Below are positions 48,263-63,374 of a DNA stretch of 64,000 nucleotides, one piece after another (positions within the stretch are counted from its first letter, which is position 1; every line of letters starts with the position of its first letter). The notes beneath the pieces were generated by a model. It ran no database searches and was not told where the DNA came from. It saw only the letters and a program-made list of their open reading frames with translations. This stretch comes from Pseudovirgaria hyperparasitica (lineage: Eukaryota): assembly GCA_010093815.1 (NCBI GenBank), contig ML996577.1; one strand, written 5' to 3'. The translations under genes were made by a program, and so were the position numbers.

Positions 48263-48975
48263 GATACAGCAGATGTGCTATAATATAGATACGAAAACCG
48301 TCAGAGGTACCAGCAATAATATTGCAGACCCATGATGGAGTCGCGCAGTTCTTTCTGAGAAGAGTTCAGGCAGACATTATGTCCTGAGGCCAACATTATG
48401 CCTTACAAATACCCCGCACAGGCAGGAGGCTATAGCTCCAATTACCCCGCCGATCGAGGGGTTAACGCATTCACTGGGACCCAGGAATTGAAATGAAGCT
48501 TCTCCCTGTTGAAGCCTATTACCTCAAGTGCTCATTGGTAGTTTCGCTCAGTATTTGGTGGTCGACATTGTGACATCGAATGAGATGATTCCATAGCAGA
48601 AGACTTTTTGACTACCCAAGTAGGCTACGGCTCAATGTGGAAGAGTATCAATCCATCATCAGAATACATCCGCAGGGGGGCTATGAAGGTGACGAGCCAT
48701 GGGGAGCTACAGATCATTAGGCGTGATTGCGTGCTCGACACCGGGCATGATGAATGTTGTTCACAATGATGGACCAAACAAATTCGACTGTGTTGCATTG
48801 CCGAGATCGCGCAGTAATGGGAGGATGGTCCATTGAGGGAGAAGTTTGATGGTCCATCAAGGTCGGTCGTACGGGGCACAATAAAGACCCTGTGCTGTCT
48901 ACGTCCCACTTGCCCTAAGAGCCTGCTCTTTCGTCTCATACACACAATCACAGCCCATCTCAACCTCTTGTCGAC

Positions 48976-50590
<1,615 letters not shown>

Positions 50591-51701
50591 ACTAATTAGT
50601 GACGACTTCTGGTGGGCTAATACCAAAAACGAATCGATAAGATGAAGCTGTAATAATCACTTATGGCCAAGTGCAGACAGTGAAGCCGTGACTCGTGACG
50701 TTGACTTATTATTATTACCGGGGCAAAGCACATGGGCCGAAAGCCAAAAGCCGAGACTAAACCCCACAGAGTTCCAGCTCCGGCCCGCGCCACTGCAGCG
50801 CCTCAAGGAAATTCCCCGCATGTGAAAAGCGAAAAGTGTAAAGTAGAGAGAACCAAGAACAATGAATCCATGTTTACAACCGTCAACTGTTACACACTGC
50901 CGCGGTTCCCCTGTCTTCCAAGCGTGACAACCATGCGCGTCTCATTCGTTCATGGGTGCGAGTCTGGGCAAGATACTCGAGCTCGGGAAGCAGTCAATAC
51001 TCAGCCAAACACACTCACGGGGGCGCCGGCGTCTGAAGCAGAACAACCGAGGCATCTGACCGCAGCCAACACACTCACTCGACGCACCACTTAATCTACA
51101 CATTGTCATGTCATCCTCACCGAAGCCATACCAATCTACGCAAGACTGACTCTCTTCACCTTCTCCTCTTTCTCTTCCTCTCTCGCCCTCTGTCCACATA
51201 CATACATATCAACTCATCTCCAACCAAGTCGCGCGCCTGTTCACCCACTCGTGGATCTCTCATCTCACCGTTCTACTAATATACTACTGCATGCGCTGAG
51301 CTGCAGACCTTCTTCGTTACATATATCCTCACCTTGCGCGCGTTCTCTCCCTCCAGCTCTAAGCTTCAGCTTCAGCTTCGCATCTGTCACTATATCGATT
51401 GCGACACAGTGATCGTGAGTCGGCTCCGGACCTGAAAAGGCGTTAAAAGCAAATATACAGCTGCACAAGCACGCACAACTTAAGGAACCGCTGGCTAACA
51501 TTGCTCGCGACTGCAGCAATTCTGGCCTTCACTGTCCACTTCAGCCCTAAACGCTGCATTCGAGTATTTGTTCCGGCTACCGACGCGGGTACTTTTGCAT
51601 CATCTTGCGCTGTAGCTTGCATAGTCTCCACTTCGACCTTGAACCCTCCGACCTGCGATCGCCCATACACTTCGGAGAATTAAGCACTCTACTCTACCCC
51701 G

Positions 51702-54107
51702 ATGGCTCCTCCGACGTTCTTGGCGATAGAGAAGGCGAAGGAGGCGCGTGTGCCTCCTGCGCCTGGAAAGCCGCAGAGTGTCACAGTGCCAGGCACGGAA
51801 AAGCCCGGCTATAGCCCCATATACCGTCATCACAGATTCACAAATGGTTTGCTGACGACCTTTGACCCTGCGGTATGATGCATGTGCGCCGATCCGGAGT
51901 ATGCAGCGCTAATCGTGGGTTCGCAGATTGTGAATATGCACGATGCATTCGAGAATGCCGGTACGTGCCTCTCTCCATAATATCGATGGCTGTGATCCCA
52001 AACTAACGGTACACTAGCGAATCGTGTTCCGCGCAGCAGATGCCTCGGCAGCAGAGCGTGGGATCCCGTCAAGAAGGTTTTCGGGCCATACACCTGGGAG
52101 ACTTATCAAACAGTTCAGAAAAGACGGCGTGATTTCGGATCCGGCTTGGTCGACCTCCTCGCTGCAGAAGGACATGTTGGCGAGAAGTTTGGAATCGGGC
52201 TGTGGTGTCAGAATCGACCAGAATGGCAAATAACAGGTTTGTCTGTGCTTGTCATGTGTATGCGACCATCCTGACAGTGTCTGTAGATCTTGCGGCGTTG
52301 TCTCAGAATCTCTTCACTGTGTCCCTCTACGACACCCTTGGTCCCGACACGACCGAGTACATCATCAACCATGCACAGCTCCCGCTAGTCGCCACATCCG
52401 TAAACCATATCACAGCTCTTCTCAAACTAAAGCCGCGGTTACCAACGCTGAAAATCATTGTATCGCTCGATGTGCTCAGCTCTGGCGAGCTTCCCGGAGA
52501 GTCGAAACTGGATGTTCTGAACTCAATGGCCAGTGAGCTGGGCGTCAAGATCTTCGACATCAAGCAAGTCGAGGCGCTCGGAGAGAAGAACCCTAAGCCA
52601 TACAGGATCCCGTCGCCTGAGGACCCTGTAACCATCAATTACACATCTGGAACCACCGGAAACCCCAAGGGCGTGCTTCTCACCCACAAAGCAGCTGTTG
52701 CAGCCACGTGCTCGAGTTTCATGGTCACCCAGTCCGGCAACGATGACATTATATGCTCATTTCTGCCCCTGGCCCATATCTACCAGCGACTTGGTGAGAA
52801 CACAGCACTCTGGGGAGGTGCGGCAATCGGCTACTTCCATGGCAACATCGTCGAGCTCGTTGACGATCTCAAACTCCTCCGCCCAACCGCTTTCTCCGGC
52901 GTGCCTCGTCTCTTTAACCGCTTCGGTGGTGCGATCAAAGAGGCCACCATCGAAGCTCCCGGCTTCCGCGGCAAGTTGTCCCGTCGAGCCATTGACACCA
53001 AGCTCGCCAGCATGGCGCGCAAAGACAAGCCCACCAACAAACACTTCCTGTACGACCGCATCTGGTCGAAGAAAGTCTCTGCTGCCCTTGGCCTCGAGCG
53101 CTGCCACACGGTCGTCTCTGGCTCTGCACCCATCGACCCATCTCTTCAACAACTGCTTCGCGCCGTCTTCGCCAACAACTTCGTACAAGGCTACGGCCTA
53201 ACGGAATCCTATGCCGTCTCGCTCGTCCAGATGGAAGGCGATTACACAGCCTCAAACTGCGGCTGCGTGATGCCGACGATCGAGGCGCGCCTGCGCGACG
53301 TGCCCGACATGGAGTACCTCTCGACCGACAAGCCGCACGCGCGCGGCGAGCTCCTCCTCCGCGGCACCTCGCTCTTCACCGAGTACTACAAGAACCCAGA
53401 GGAAACGGCCAAGGCCGTCGACGCAGACGGCTGGTTCCACACCGGCGACATCTGCGCCGTCGACGAGATCGGCCGCTTCCGCATCATCGACCGCGTCAAG
53501 AACGTGCTCAAGCTCGCCCAGGGCGAGTACATCTCTCCCGAGCGCATCGAGAACGTCTACCTCGCAAACTGCTCCTGGCTGGCTACCGCGTACGTCCACG
53601 GCGACAGCCACCAGGCCTTCCTCGTCGCCATCTTCGGCATCATGCCGGAGAGCTTCGCCGCCTTTGCAGGCAAGGTGCTCGGCACCACAATCGACCCGAC
53701 GGACATTGCCGCGCTCAAGGAAGCCGCGCTCAACAAGAAAGTAGAACGGGCCGCGCACGCTGAACTCGAACAAGTAGCGCGCAAGAATAAATTCAACAGC
53801 TGGGAGCGCGTTAAAGGCCTGAGGATGTTTGTCGAGCCCTTTACGGTCGAGAATCAGCTGTTGACGCCGACGTGAGTTTCACATCCCTACCCCCGCTCTT
53901 TTCCCATTCATGCGCGATTTAAATAACGTCGCGCGTCTATTTAAATACATACATCCGTGCCATCATGAATGCGCTAACACTACATTTCCCCACAGGCTCA
54001 AACTCAAGCGTCCCCAAACGGCAAAAATGTACCGCGACACGCTCGATCAGCTCTATGAAGAGGCGCTTGCTGAGGAGGCGGCTAGTAAGCCCAAGGCTAG
54101 GCTGTAG
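51702..54107 (+). CDS. Peroxisomal long-chain fatty acyl-CoA synthetase
   Basis: YTSGTTGNPKG, QGYGLTE, DGWFHTGDI, IIDRVKNVLKLAQGEYISPE, LLTPTLKLKR, C-terminal PTS1 ARL. Introns ~51873-51927, 51962-52017, 52237-52288, 53872-53995. Confidence 0.93.
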
Positions 54108-54109
54108 GG

Positions 54110-55020
54110 TTTTTTTTGTATATATGTTTGTGTTTGTGTATACACATATGTACATGCGTTTGCGTTTGCGTTGCGTTACATATATGACAGATACAGATAC
54201 AGATACAGATACCATGGCTATTACCTACCCGTCCGTTTTGTACGCGGATGAATATATATATTTTTTATACATATACTTGTATATGGGCTTGCATGGTGAA
54301 CGGAGAGGAAGATGATGAAGGTGGAGCGCGCGTAGCGATGGGGGATGAGGAGTGCGAGATAAGAGGTGTCTTTTATGGTGTTTGTGTGAAGTGAGAAGTG
54401 AGAAGGAGCAGTCAGGCAAGCAAAGGCGAGTAACGCAAGTAATGAATGGGTTTTATATACATATAATTAGGTATTTTACGTACTTTGTATACTTTACGCA
54501 TTTATGCATTTACGCATTTACGCATTTACGCATGCGGTACTAGAATGGATTTCTGGTCTGTCTGGTCTGTCTAATCCCAGCACGAAATACACAGACGGAC
54601 ATTCAGAATCATTTCGACAAGATACCACACGCAGACAGAGTGCAATCGGCACAGTACCATCAACAATGAACAGCTATCCGTACTCTTTGACTCGGACTGG
54701 AATCGCAGTCTGATACACACTTAGTATAACTGCATAGTCAGGGCGAGCACTGTGATATGAACGATCCGGATGTCTTTGAATTGTACTGAATCGCGACTAC
54801 TGCTTACAGCAATACATTTCAACACCAACACGCTCCTACGCCAACTACAACTTGCTACACCAACGCAACTCCTCACACCACACCACACCACACCGCAACA
54901 CCTCGCTAAGCAGACAATTTTCTCGCCGGGTTTACTTTGATACATCGTTCATCATCATCGTCGTCGTCTTCATCAACATCGTTCATCTCTCATCACCACC
55001 ATCGTTCATCGTCACCACTT
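54110..55020. repeat. Intergenic tract rich in short tandem repeats
   Basis: (ACAGAT)x4 at ~54188-54211, (CATTTACG)n at ~54490-54533, (TCTGGTCTG)x2 at ~54552, (CACCA)n at ~54876, CAT/CGT triplets at ~54943-55015. Confidence 0.7.
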
Positions 55021-55063
55021 CAAAACCCCAAATCCACAACTCCCCGAAAACGAAACAACACGC

Positions 55064-56748
55064 TTAACTCTTCATCCCCGCGACCATCTTCCCCGCCAAA
55101 CACCCGGCATGTGTATGGCCCACCCCATCACCCACCTCCCTCCTATGATCATGACTCCACTTAACCCCCCTCATCTGATCCTCATTCCGCCTCCTGCGCA
55201 AATCCCGCTTAAACCTCGTCACACTCGCCGGCTCCTTGGGAGGCAGCATATCGAAGCTCTCGCCAAAGACAGCAGCCGCATGGGCAATCGCCCTGGCATG
55301 AATAATAAAGGCCTCGGTGTTGAGATTATCGATCGTGTCGCCGGCCTGGTGGTAGTTTGCGTCATAAGGGGCGCCGGCGACGCCGCCGAAGAGGGCAACT
55401 TCGGCTTCGGTCTTGAGCTGTTCGGCGCCCGTGAATGTGCCCCCGGAGGGCACTCCGAAATCGATAAAGGCGGCGTAGTCGGAGCGGCCGGAAAACTCGG
55501 TCGGGACGGAATTGTAAGGGGTGAAGTAGGTTTCGAGGAAGTGCTCGAGCTCGGCGGAGCCGCGCGGGCCGGTGAGGTTGAAGGCGCTGCCGTCGCCGTC
55601 GTAGATGCCGTGGATGAAGTTTGGGGAGGCGATCATGTCGAAGTTGAGGTAGGCGCGGATTTGGGCCAGGGCGTCGGCGGAGAGGTGTTCGACGTAGTAG
55701 GTTGAGCCGACGAGGCCGACTTCTTCGGCGCTCCAGAAACCGAAGCGGATGGCGTTGGTGGTCTGGTAGGCGGCGAGTTGCTTTGCAACTTCGATGAGGG
55801 CGACGGTGCCGGAGCCGTCGTCGTTAATGCCGGGACCTGGGGGCACGGAGTCGGTGTGGGCGCCAAACATGAGGACGCTGTCTTTGTTGCCGCATTTTGT
55901 CGTTGCGAGCACGTTGTCCGAAGTCACGTCGGTGATGGTCGTTTCGACATCGAGGTGCGCGATGACCTCGGTGCCACTGTTGATTACTTGGACTAGGGCT
56001 GTGCCATTGTTGTTTGAGGTCCCGACGGTTGGTACGTATGGGCCTGTTGGTCTGGGTGCGGAGCCCAAGGTGCCACTCAGGGGCGCGTCGCCGGGAACGT
56101 TGTCATAGATGAGAGCACCAATCGCGCCAGCTGCTCCAGCGAGGGAAGATTTGAGCCCGAACTCGCATGTCCCGCGGGAGATAAGAGCAATGTTTCCTGC
56201 AACTGCGGCTGGATAATCTTCCTATTTTGGCCACATGAGTGGAATGATCATGGGGTTGGAATCACAGCATACTTACGGGAGTACATCCTAGGTTGCTTAC
56301 AACAACCAGGGGTGCAGTTACATCGCCGCTGGCCGAGAATTGGAGCTCGCCAGCATTCCACTCGACATTGTCAACCGTGATTCGATAACTACCCTCTTCT
56401 TGGATAGTCGTGGTGAAGGGCTGTCTTTCTATGTCGTATGCCCCTGTTGCTTCGAGTTCGGAGATAATGTAGTCGACAGTTGCGACGTGACCGGGACTCC
56501 CTGCAACACGATTTCTTGCTTCCGTGGCATAGGCAAAGTCTTGGAGCTTCTGGGAGCGTGGCAGAAGGTTCTCGAGCTTGATTGACTCCTGTAGTGCGAG
56601 CTGCAGATTGCCAGTCAGATCCTGCAGAAGATGGCAGAGGGCAAAGGAAAAATATACTCACATCGTCTACTTGTGGCTTGTAGTCGCACGTAGCTCTAGC
56701 GGCAGTTGTGAATCCACTCACAGCGAGTCCCAATTGGCGAATCTTCAT
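55064..56748 (-). CDS. Secreted M28 aminopeptidase with PA domain (aminopeptidase Y/LAP2-like)
   Basis: Signal peptide, RNRVAGSPGH, PA-domain ALISRGTCEFG, Zn ligands GAHTDSV, GINDDGSG, WSAEEVGLVGS, YLNFDMIAS, YHQAGD. Introns 56661-56601 and 56276-56222. Confidence 0.92.
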
Positions 56749-58853
56749 ATTGCAGATACCTGTGTATTCGAAAAGCTTCCCAAAGCAACAAACAGCTATC
56801 CTCCCACATATCCCACAGGGAGCAGCAAGCTATTTAAGCATGGCAAGCTTGAGACCCTTGAAATAGTTATATGAGAAGCATCTCAGGCTCGAGTCAGACA
56901 ATTAGCCAAGCTCCACGAGAGCACAGCAGATCATATTGCGAAAACAGTGGTCCGAGAAAGCTGACGACGAATAGCTGCCAGTGTCGTACCGCCTGAATTG
57001 GCAGGTTTGAAGGCGGATCCAAGGAAACTGCATAATAGCAAGCCCTAACTCAGCCGCAACTTCGTTTCGGACGTAATTGGAGCATCGGCTTCTGCTGGTT
57101 CTCTCGCAGTTGCAATTGCTTACATGGGTTTGCTCTGCATCATCGGCTCCGTGGCGGACAGCCAAGAAGCCAAGAACCTCCGGCGCACAGTCCGAATGGC
57201 CGGCGGGATGGCGCTGCGACCGAAGAGGGCAGGAGCAAGAACCGCCTTTCTTGGACCTGGCATTAGAGATAAACGTCTGCGGGGGGCCGGGGCGGATCAG
57301 GATAATCTACATAGAAAGTGGCGTCGAATGCTGGAAACATGGGAACAAGGTTCGTTTCCTCCCGATGAGGATGCTCGCTTGGAAAGGTAACCGTAGGACT
57401 TGAGAATGTTGAGAGACATAGTTCATGTGGCCTGCCGTACGTGTTCGATTTGATTTCAGCTCATCATTGCTGTAGTGTAACGCCTTGTGCTCTGAGGGGA
57501 GGATCGTCTTGAGGCACGCGATCAGGGGCTCTTGGCTGCAAATCGGGGGCCCCAAGAAGAGATAAGAGATAGACCCCTCATGTGATGTGACTTATCCCTG
57601 CGAGTGATGGCGAGCTGATGTAATAGCCTATTGAGAGCGATGCAAAGTCTTGGTCAGGCGTGTGCGTTCAGGCAAAATGCAATATTAGTTGTAGCAAGGA
57701 AGGATGTATTGTCGTTGGAGCCATTCTGAGAGCAATCGTTCAGGTCACGTGCTAGACAAAGTATGTGAATATTACGATCTTTGAGTCGTAGCTGTCCTGT
57801 GGATACTGGTCTTCGGAGACGGAGGATTATGGCGTTGATACTTACATTACAGCCTCCGCTGCTGCGAAGGACCGACCTGGAAAAGTACACATTTAGCACT
57901 TATGGACCTGGCGTACATCACCTATGTCCTGTCGTTGTTGTTGTTCGGAAGAAGCCCTCTCATCTACAGTTTGATTCATATATTCCCTAATGCCGTAGCG
58001 AAGTAGATGTAGCATGTATATCAGGATACAGACCCAGCATGACGTACATGACGCTGCTATGTGCAGACCGAAAGTTGCTATTATCTACTACACCATTCCA
58101 GTCGAAGGGTCAGTATAGTGTGCAGACTGTAGTACGAGCAATTTTTATATGGTCCCATAGAACGCTTCAGTCATCTCCCTCATATTACCTACTCTCATGA
58201 CCGATGTAGAAAGAGATGCGCCATGATTCTGGGAGCAGACTTTGTTTAGGAAGTATGGAGGGTTGATACGTTGCTCGGAGATTCGTGAGTTTGAACAATG
58301 CTCATACCAAGGTATTGTTCAAGACTTGATACCTGATTGCATAGCCCTTCCTCCCTGATTCCACAGGCAACTTGTGTTCGAAATCATTCCCTGTATCACG
58401 TGCATCAGGCACCCAGAGTGGCCTTCAAAAGAAGGCAAACAGAATCTCACCGGCACTCGCCAAGCTGGCAGACGCTTCCAGAGAGCCATAAAAATCGGGA
58501 GGCGGAGGGGGATAACTGTCTGACCGGTCAGTATCGCCATGGCCCAAGTCCGTTTCTTTCACTTCTCCCCGAGTTGCAATCCTTTTAGCCATACGAGGCA
58601 ACATCCAACACCAGAAACTGTTAACTAGATACCTCTCAAGCTCTCGTACGAGATCAAAGACATCATGTCAGTACACGTGATGCAGACTGCCTTTATGTAA
58701 CGTTACTCACAACCCTGCCAGGTGTACTACAACCGAGACCGTATTGTCTTGTCCACGATGTGCGCCTTTCATGTGTTCTTCCCTGTAGCTCGAGAACTGA
58801 TATGCCTGTGCCTAGGCCATACACAAGGTATCACAGTCGCAAGTCGGTTTAAA

Positions 58854-59068
58854 ATGTGTCATTACCAGGTTCAGCAGCGGTACGGCTGTCCAGGACATGG
58901 TATACGCATTATTCCAGTCCGATCGGTGGGTGTGACATGTCGCAAGAAGCTGTGATGATACGCTGACGTCGGTAGGATTATTGCTCTGACTGTTACCAGA
59001 GTCATCGATACTGGCGGCGGACATATGACCATTGGCCGACTACAACTCGCAAGCGCATTGCATGGTAG
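58854..59068 (+). CDS. Putative spliced 54 aa Cys/His microprotein
   Basis: AAAATG start. Exon 58854-58925 gives MCHYQVQQRYGCPGHGIRIIPVRS; a 50-nt intron follows (GTGGGT..GCTGAC..TAG, 58926-58975); exon 58976-59068 gives DYCSDCYQSHRYW...AW*. Confidence 0.45.
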
Positions 59069-59367
59069 CTAAGCGACAATTTATGAGCACGATTATCCAC
59101 CGGGTGCCTTGCTGATCTGTATTTATCTAATGGAACTGTCAGAATGTGTCGGGCTGAAAATAATCAACTGGCCCAAGGTTCAAACAATGTGTGTATGATC
59201 TGTGGAGTTATTCCGTATTCATAATGGTTCTTCTGTATGATATCGAACGTGGTATCTCATGATAAATCTCGACTGCGCATAGCGCACTGATACCATAAAA
59301 GTCTGCATGCAATGTACACCGACTGAACCGCCTTCGACGCCGTTGCGCCGTCCATGCAGAAAAAGAA

Positions 59368-60216
59368 TTAGCAACATCCACCCATCATACCTTTAGACTT
59401 ATGATTGTCGTTCAACTTGACGGTCCCTTTGCCGCCACCACCAGCTCCTGGTCCTTTGACGCCGCTTCTCCTATCATTCAAGTCGTATTTGCCGGCTTCT
59501 ATGTTCTGGTATATCCGTTCCGCAACCTCCAAGAACGCTCTTTCAACTCCTTCGCCAGACTTAGCTGAAGTCTCGACGTATCGCAAGACTTCGTGTTGCC
59601 GACACCATGCCTCAGCCTCCTCAACTGTCACCTGTCGCTTGTTGGCTTCATCTGTCCGCGATGGGTCGCTCTTGTCGGCAGGCGAAGATGGTGAGACTGT
59701 CGATGCGGTGGCAAGATCTGACTTGTTACCTACGAGTATGATGATGATTCCTTCCTCGGCGATATGTCGTAGATCATTCAACCATGATGTAGCCGAAAGA
59801 AACGTTTGACGTCGAGTGATATCGAAGACAAGCAGGGCACCGGATGCTCCACGAAAATACGAGCGTGTTATCGACTTGTACGTCTCTTGTCCGGCAGTAT
59901 CCCATAATGATAACTTCATATGTTTCTGTGGTCCGTTCTGTTTGGTGCTTTGGCCATTTGGAGTAGGATCATTTATGCCGAGGGTTAGGGATGCCGGAGG
60001 TCCAACAGGAACAATTCGTGATCCAAACTCGACTCCAATTGTCACGTCGTGGTGTGGAGAGAAGCGTCCTTCACAAAGTCGCACTGTAAGCTGCCCATCA
60101 TACTTATGTTAGTGGACGTGACGTGCTGCGAAATCAGGGGATCTTACACTTGACTTGCCAGCACCCGAGTCTCCAAGCGAAACAATCTTCGCTATGTAGT
60201 CCCATGGTTGTGCCAT
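59368..60216 (-). CDS. Rab-family GTPase (Rab2/Rab4-like)
   Basis: GDSGAGKS P-loop, TIGVEFG, WDTAGQE, NKSD, ETSAK, C-terminal GGCC prenylation site; intron 60147-60091. Confidence 0.93.
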
Positions 60217-61009
60217 AATAGCCAGGAGTATGAATCGCTCGAACGATGACACGTACAGAGGACACCGGTTTTTTGGTACTTCGGAAGCTCTCCAGGGGCG
60301 GTGTATCGGTGGTGATCACAGGGACAGGGACCGGTTGGTTGCAGTAGTTAGCTAGCTTCAACGGTATCTGTCTGAGCTTAGACCGGTCGAGATGGACAGA
60401 CGCGGGGGTACGTACCTGTACCTGATGCTCCAAGTACGACAAGGGGCTCGAGGGTGGGAAGAGTGCAGGACGGAGATTTGTTTGGAGGAGAGACGAGGCG
60501 TTGTCGGAGAGTTCGTGATGCAAACAGAGATATTAGCTAGAAGCCTGAGTGGCAGCGTGTTGCGAAGTTGCGTCACGCCTCGGTGTCTCGTGTCGGCGGC
60601 TCCGCTGCTCTACTCTGCTCTGTTTCGCCGCCGATCACGCCCACGAACGAACGAAGCTGCCCAGGCCAGCGCTGTGCTCAAGTAGTGATGACTTGGAATG
60701 CTTCCCTAACAACTGCTTTAACAATCCTCACTCTCCCTCCCTTCAAGGTCCACTGTGCCATTTGTACCTTCCTATGACCTTGTGTGCTCTATCGTCCTCG
60801 TATTCTTACTCTCCCACATACACCTCAACTACACCGTATCCTCTCGTCGTCATTGTATAGCTTACAGGCACCGACCTGGCCACGGCCACCGTACATCCTC
60901 CCACCCACTCGTTAGAACTTCACCACGACCTGAACAAGGTACTGGCTACATCAGCGCAGCTTTGGCGAGCTGCTTCAGCCACGCCCAAACATAGGTCGCC
61001 TTTTCCAGC

Positions 61010-63374
61010 ATGTTTTCCGAGTGTGAGTGCACATCCGTTCTTATCAGGCGCGGTATCAGGCAGATGATAGCTGCCTGTGAGACACCGACAGATCAGCTCG
61101 TGTGACTGACTCTGATGCCTTTCTACCTCTATAGATGCCTCCAAGTTCCTTGCACAGTCGCAGTCGCGGCTGTCTCTTGGACAACCCGACCCAGAATCTA
61201 CTCGAAACACACCAAACCGCTACGGTTATGACCGCCGTTCGTCGTCGAGACTGGGCGCACACAGATCGATATTAGGAAGAGCAAACATGCCAAATCCATA
61301 CCAGCCTAGCGGGTCTACCAGGTTCCCATTCAGCTCCCGAGTGTCCAACGCCCCAGCACCGTTGTTCTACAGCGCTGCGGACGATTTTCGGGAAGAGGAT
61401 GATGAGACAGAGTACGAGAGAGAAGTTGCAGATCTGCATGCTCTGCAAAAGTCGCGTCGCAACTTCGGGAGTCACATGGTTGAGTCGTCAGGAACGGATG
61501 AGGATCAGCAAGAGTCGGCCAGAAGCATCGGTGATGGCAGTCCAGCATTCTTCTCAAGAGGCATCAAAAGCTCTTGGAAAGGCGATCAAGTAGGCGGACG
61601 CGGCAGAACACAAGCGACACGACTCACCGTCGAAGAGACAGAAGACAGGGGTCGCAGTGTGGGTATCCCAGGGGACGGACCAAGTGGCAAAGAAAGAGCA
61701 AATATGGTCGACGTAGAGCTTGCCTCCACTGTGCATAGCGAACGCGATCCACTCGTAGATGACATATCAGACTATCAAGACGACAAGCCCCCAGCCGTGC
61801 AGAAATTTCGAAAAGCTCCTACGGTGAGAGGTCGGAGGAGCCCGCTTCGCACGACACTGCCCATACCCCAGGAGACGGACGAAGAAGCACATGTAGCGCA
61901 GCCTCCACCCACAGAGACAGATGCCGACGGCGAGACGACTCCGGCCGAAGCTCTACCAGAGTCTGAAAAACACGACACATTTTGGCTACAGTTGTTTCTG
62001 ATATGCCAGTGTGCAACAATAGGGGCCTTTATCCTAGTGTTATTGCAAACGTCCACGCCGAAAACACCTCTTGGAGATACGATATATACAGTTCTCCGAA
62101 AGTCCTACCATTTACTCGGCGTCTACTCTCTCGTTTCAATTATCGTCGGATTCTTATGGCTAGCCTTGCTACGGTCCTTTGCACGTCCACTGATCACCAT
62201 TATTCTCGTGGCTGTGCCCGTCATACTTTTCTCATTCTTCCTCTATCCGTTCGTGTCAAGCTTCAAAGGCGATGGCGAAAGCTCAGGCGTACAAGACAAA
62301 GCTATGAGATGGTTGTCCTTCATTCCATGCCTTGTCGCGATCTTCTGGACTTACACAATATGGAGAGGTCGCCAGTCCGTCACTAAAGCCATGGAACTGT
62401 TGGAATTTACCGGCAAGATTCTCACTGCGATGTCACCTTTGCTGCTCGTTGGTTTTGCGACGTTGTCCTCTGTCGTCGTATATACATGGCTATGGATCTG
62501 GATGTTCACACGTCTCTTCTTGGAAGGGCAGATCAACAAGCGCTCACTATTCATTCTTGACTTCAGCACATGGTGGCTAGGCGCAGGCTTCATCCTCGAA
62601 TATCTCTGGACGCTCGGTGTCATTGCGGGGATTCAACGCGCCACCACTGCTGCAACAGTTTCACAGTGGTACTTCCATCGCAACGCTCAGCCACGAATCT
62701 CCTCTCGCATCGTCGTCCAAGCCTCATTTATCCATGCCGTCACCACGATGGCCGGTACGATCTGCCTGTCCACCTTCATATCCCTCCTGATCCGCGCACC
62801 GCTCCTGATCCTTCCCCGTCGCTTCGCAGGCGCTATCACCATGTGCATCTACAGCCTGATTCCAGCCTCAGTCGCTACGCTCACAAACCCACTCACCCTC
62901 ACTTATGCCTCAGTACATAGCCAGAACTTGCGTAATGCGGCAAACAGCCTTTCACAGATGACTTTCGTATCGAAAGACTCGCCCACGACAACGCTCACTC
63001 CCAGATCATTCAACTCCCGCAGTGGGTCCTCGCTACTCCCCTATCGCCTTGCGAAGCTATTGTTGCACGCGCTGCGCTTCATCATGTCCCTCGCACTCGG
63101 CTTCGGAGGCTGGGTGACTACAGCTCGTATGCTGGAGATCGCGAGCGACGGGACGAGCAAACACGGAAGCATGTATGCGTATATCATCGGTTTGATCGCT
63201 GCGGCAATCGGATGGGGTGTTCTTGGTGCGATGGAGGGCGTCATGGGCGGCATACTTGACGCCCTTGTGATATGCTGGGGCAGTGAGGTTGGTGTCCATG
63301 GACAAGGCGAGGCCAGATACTGTCGCGAGGCCGGGCAATTGTTAGGAGAGACGCCACGGGGCCGGTGGTCGTGA
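61010..63374 (+). CDS. Choline transporter-like (CTL/SLC44, Ctl1-type) membrane protein
   Basis: A 13-nt first exon (61010-61022) plus intron 61023-61134 gives MFSEYASKFLAQSQSRLS, in frame with the 61287 ORF. APLFYSAADDFREEDDE and QRATTAATVSQWYF motifs; about 10 TM segments. Confidence 0.85.

Noticed and set aside
48263..48975. CYS3/MetR site upstream of MET17
   Set aside because: Only imperfect matches to ATGRYRYCAT (e.g. ATGATTCCAT near 48586); not supportable.
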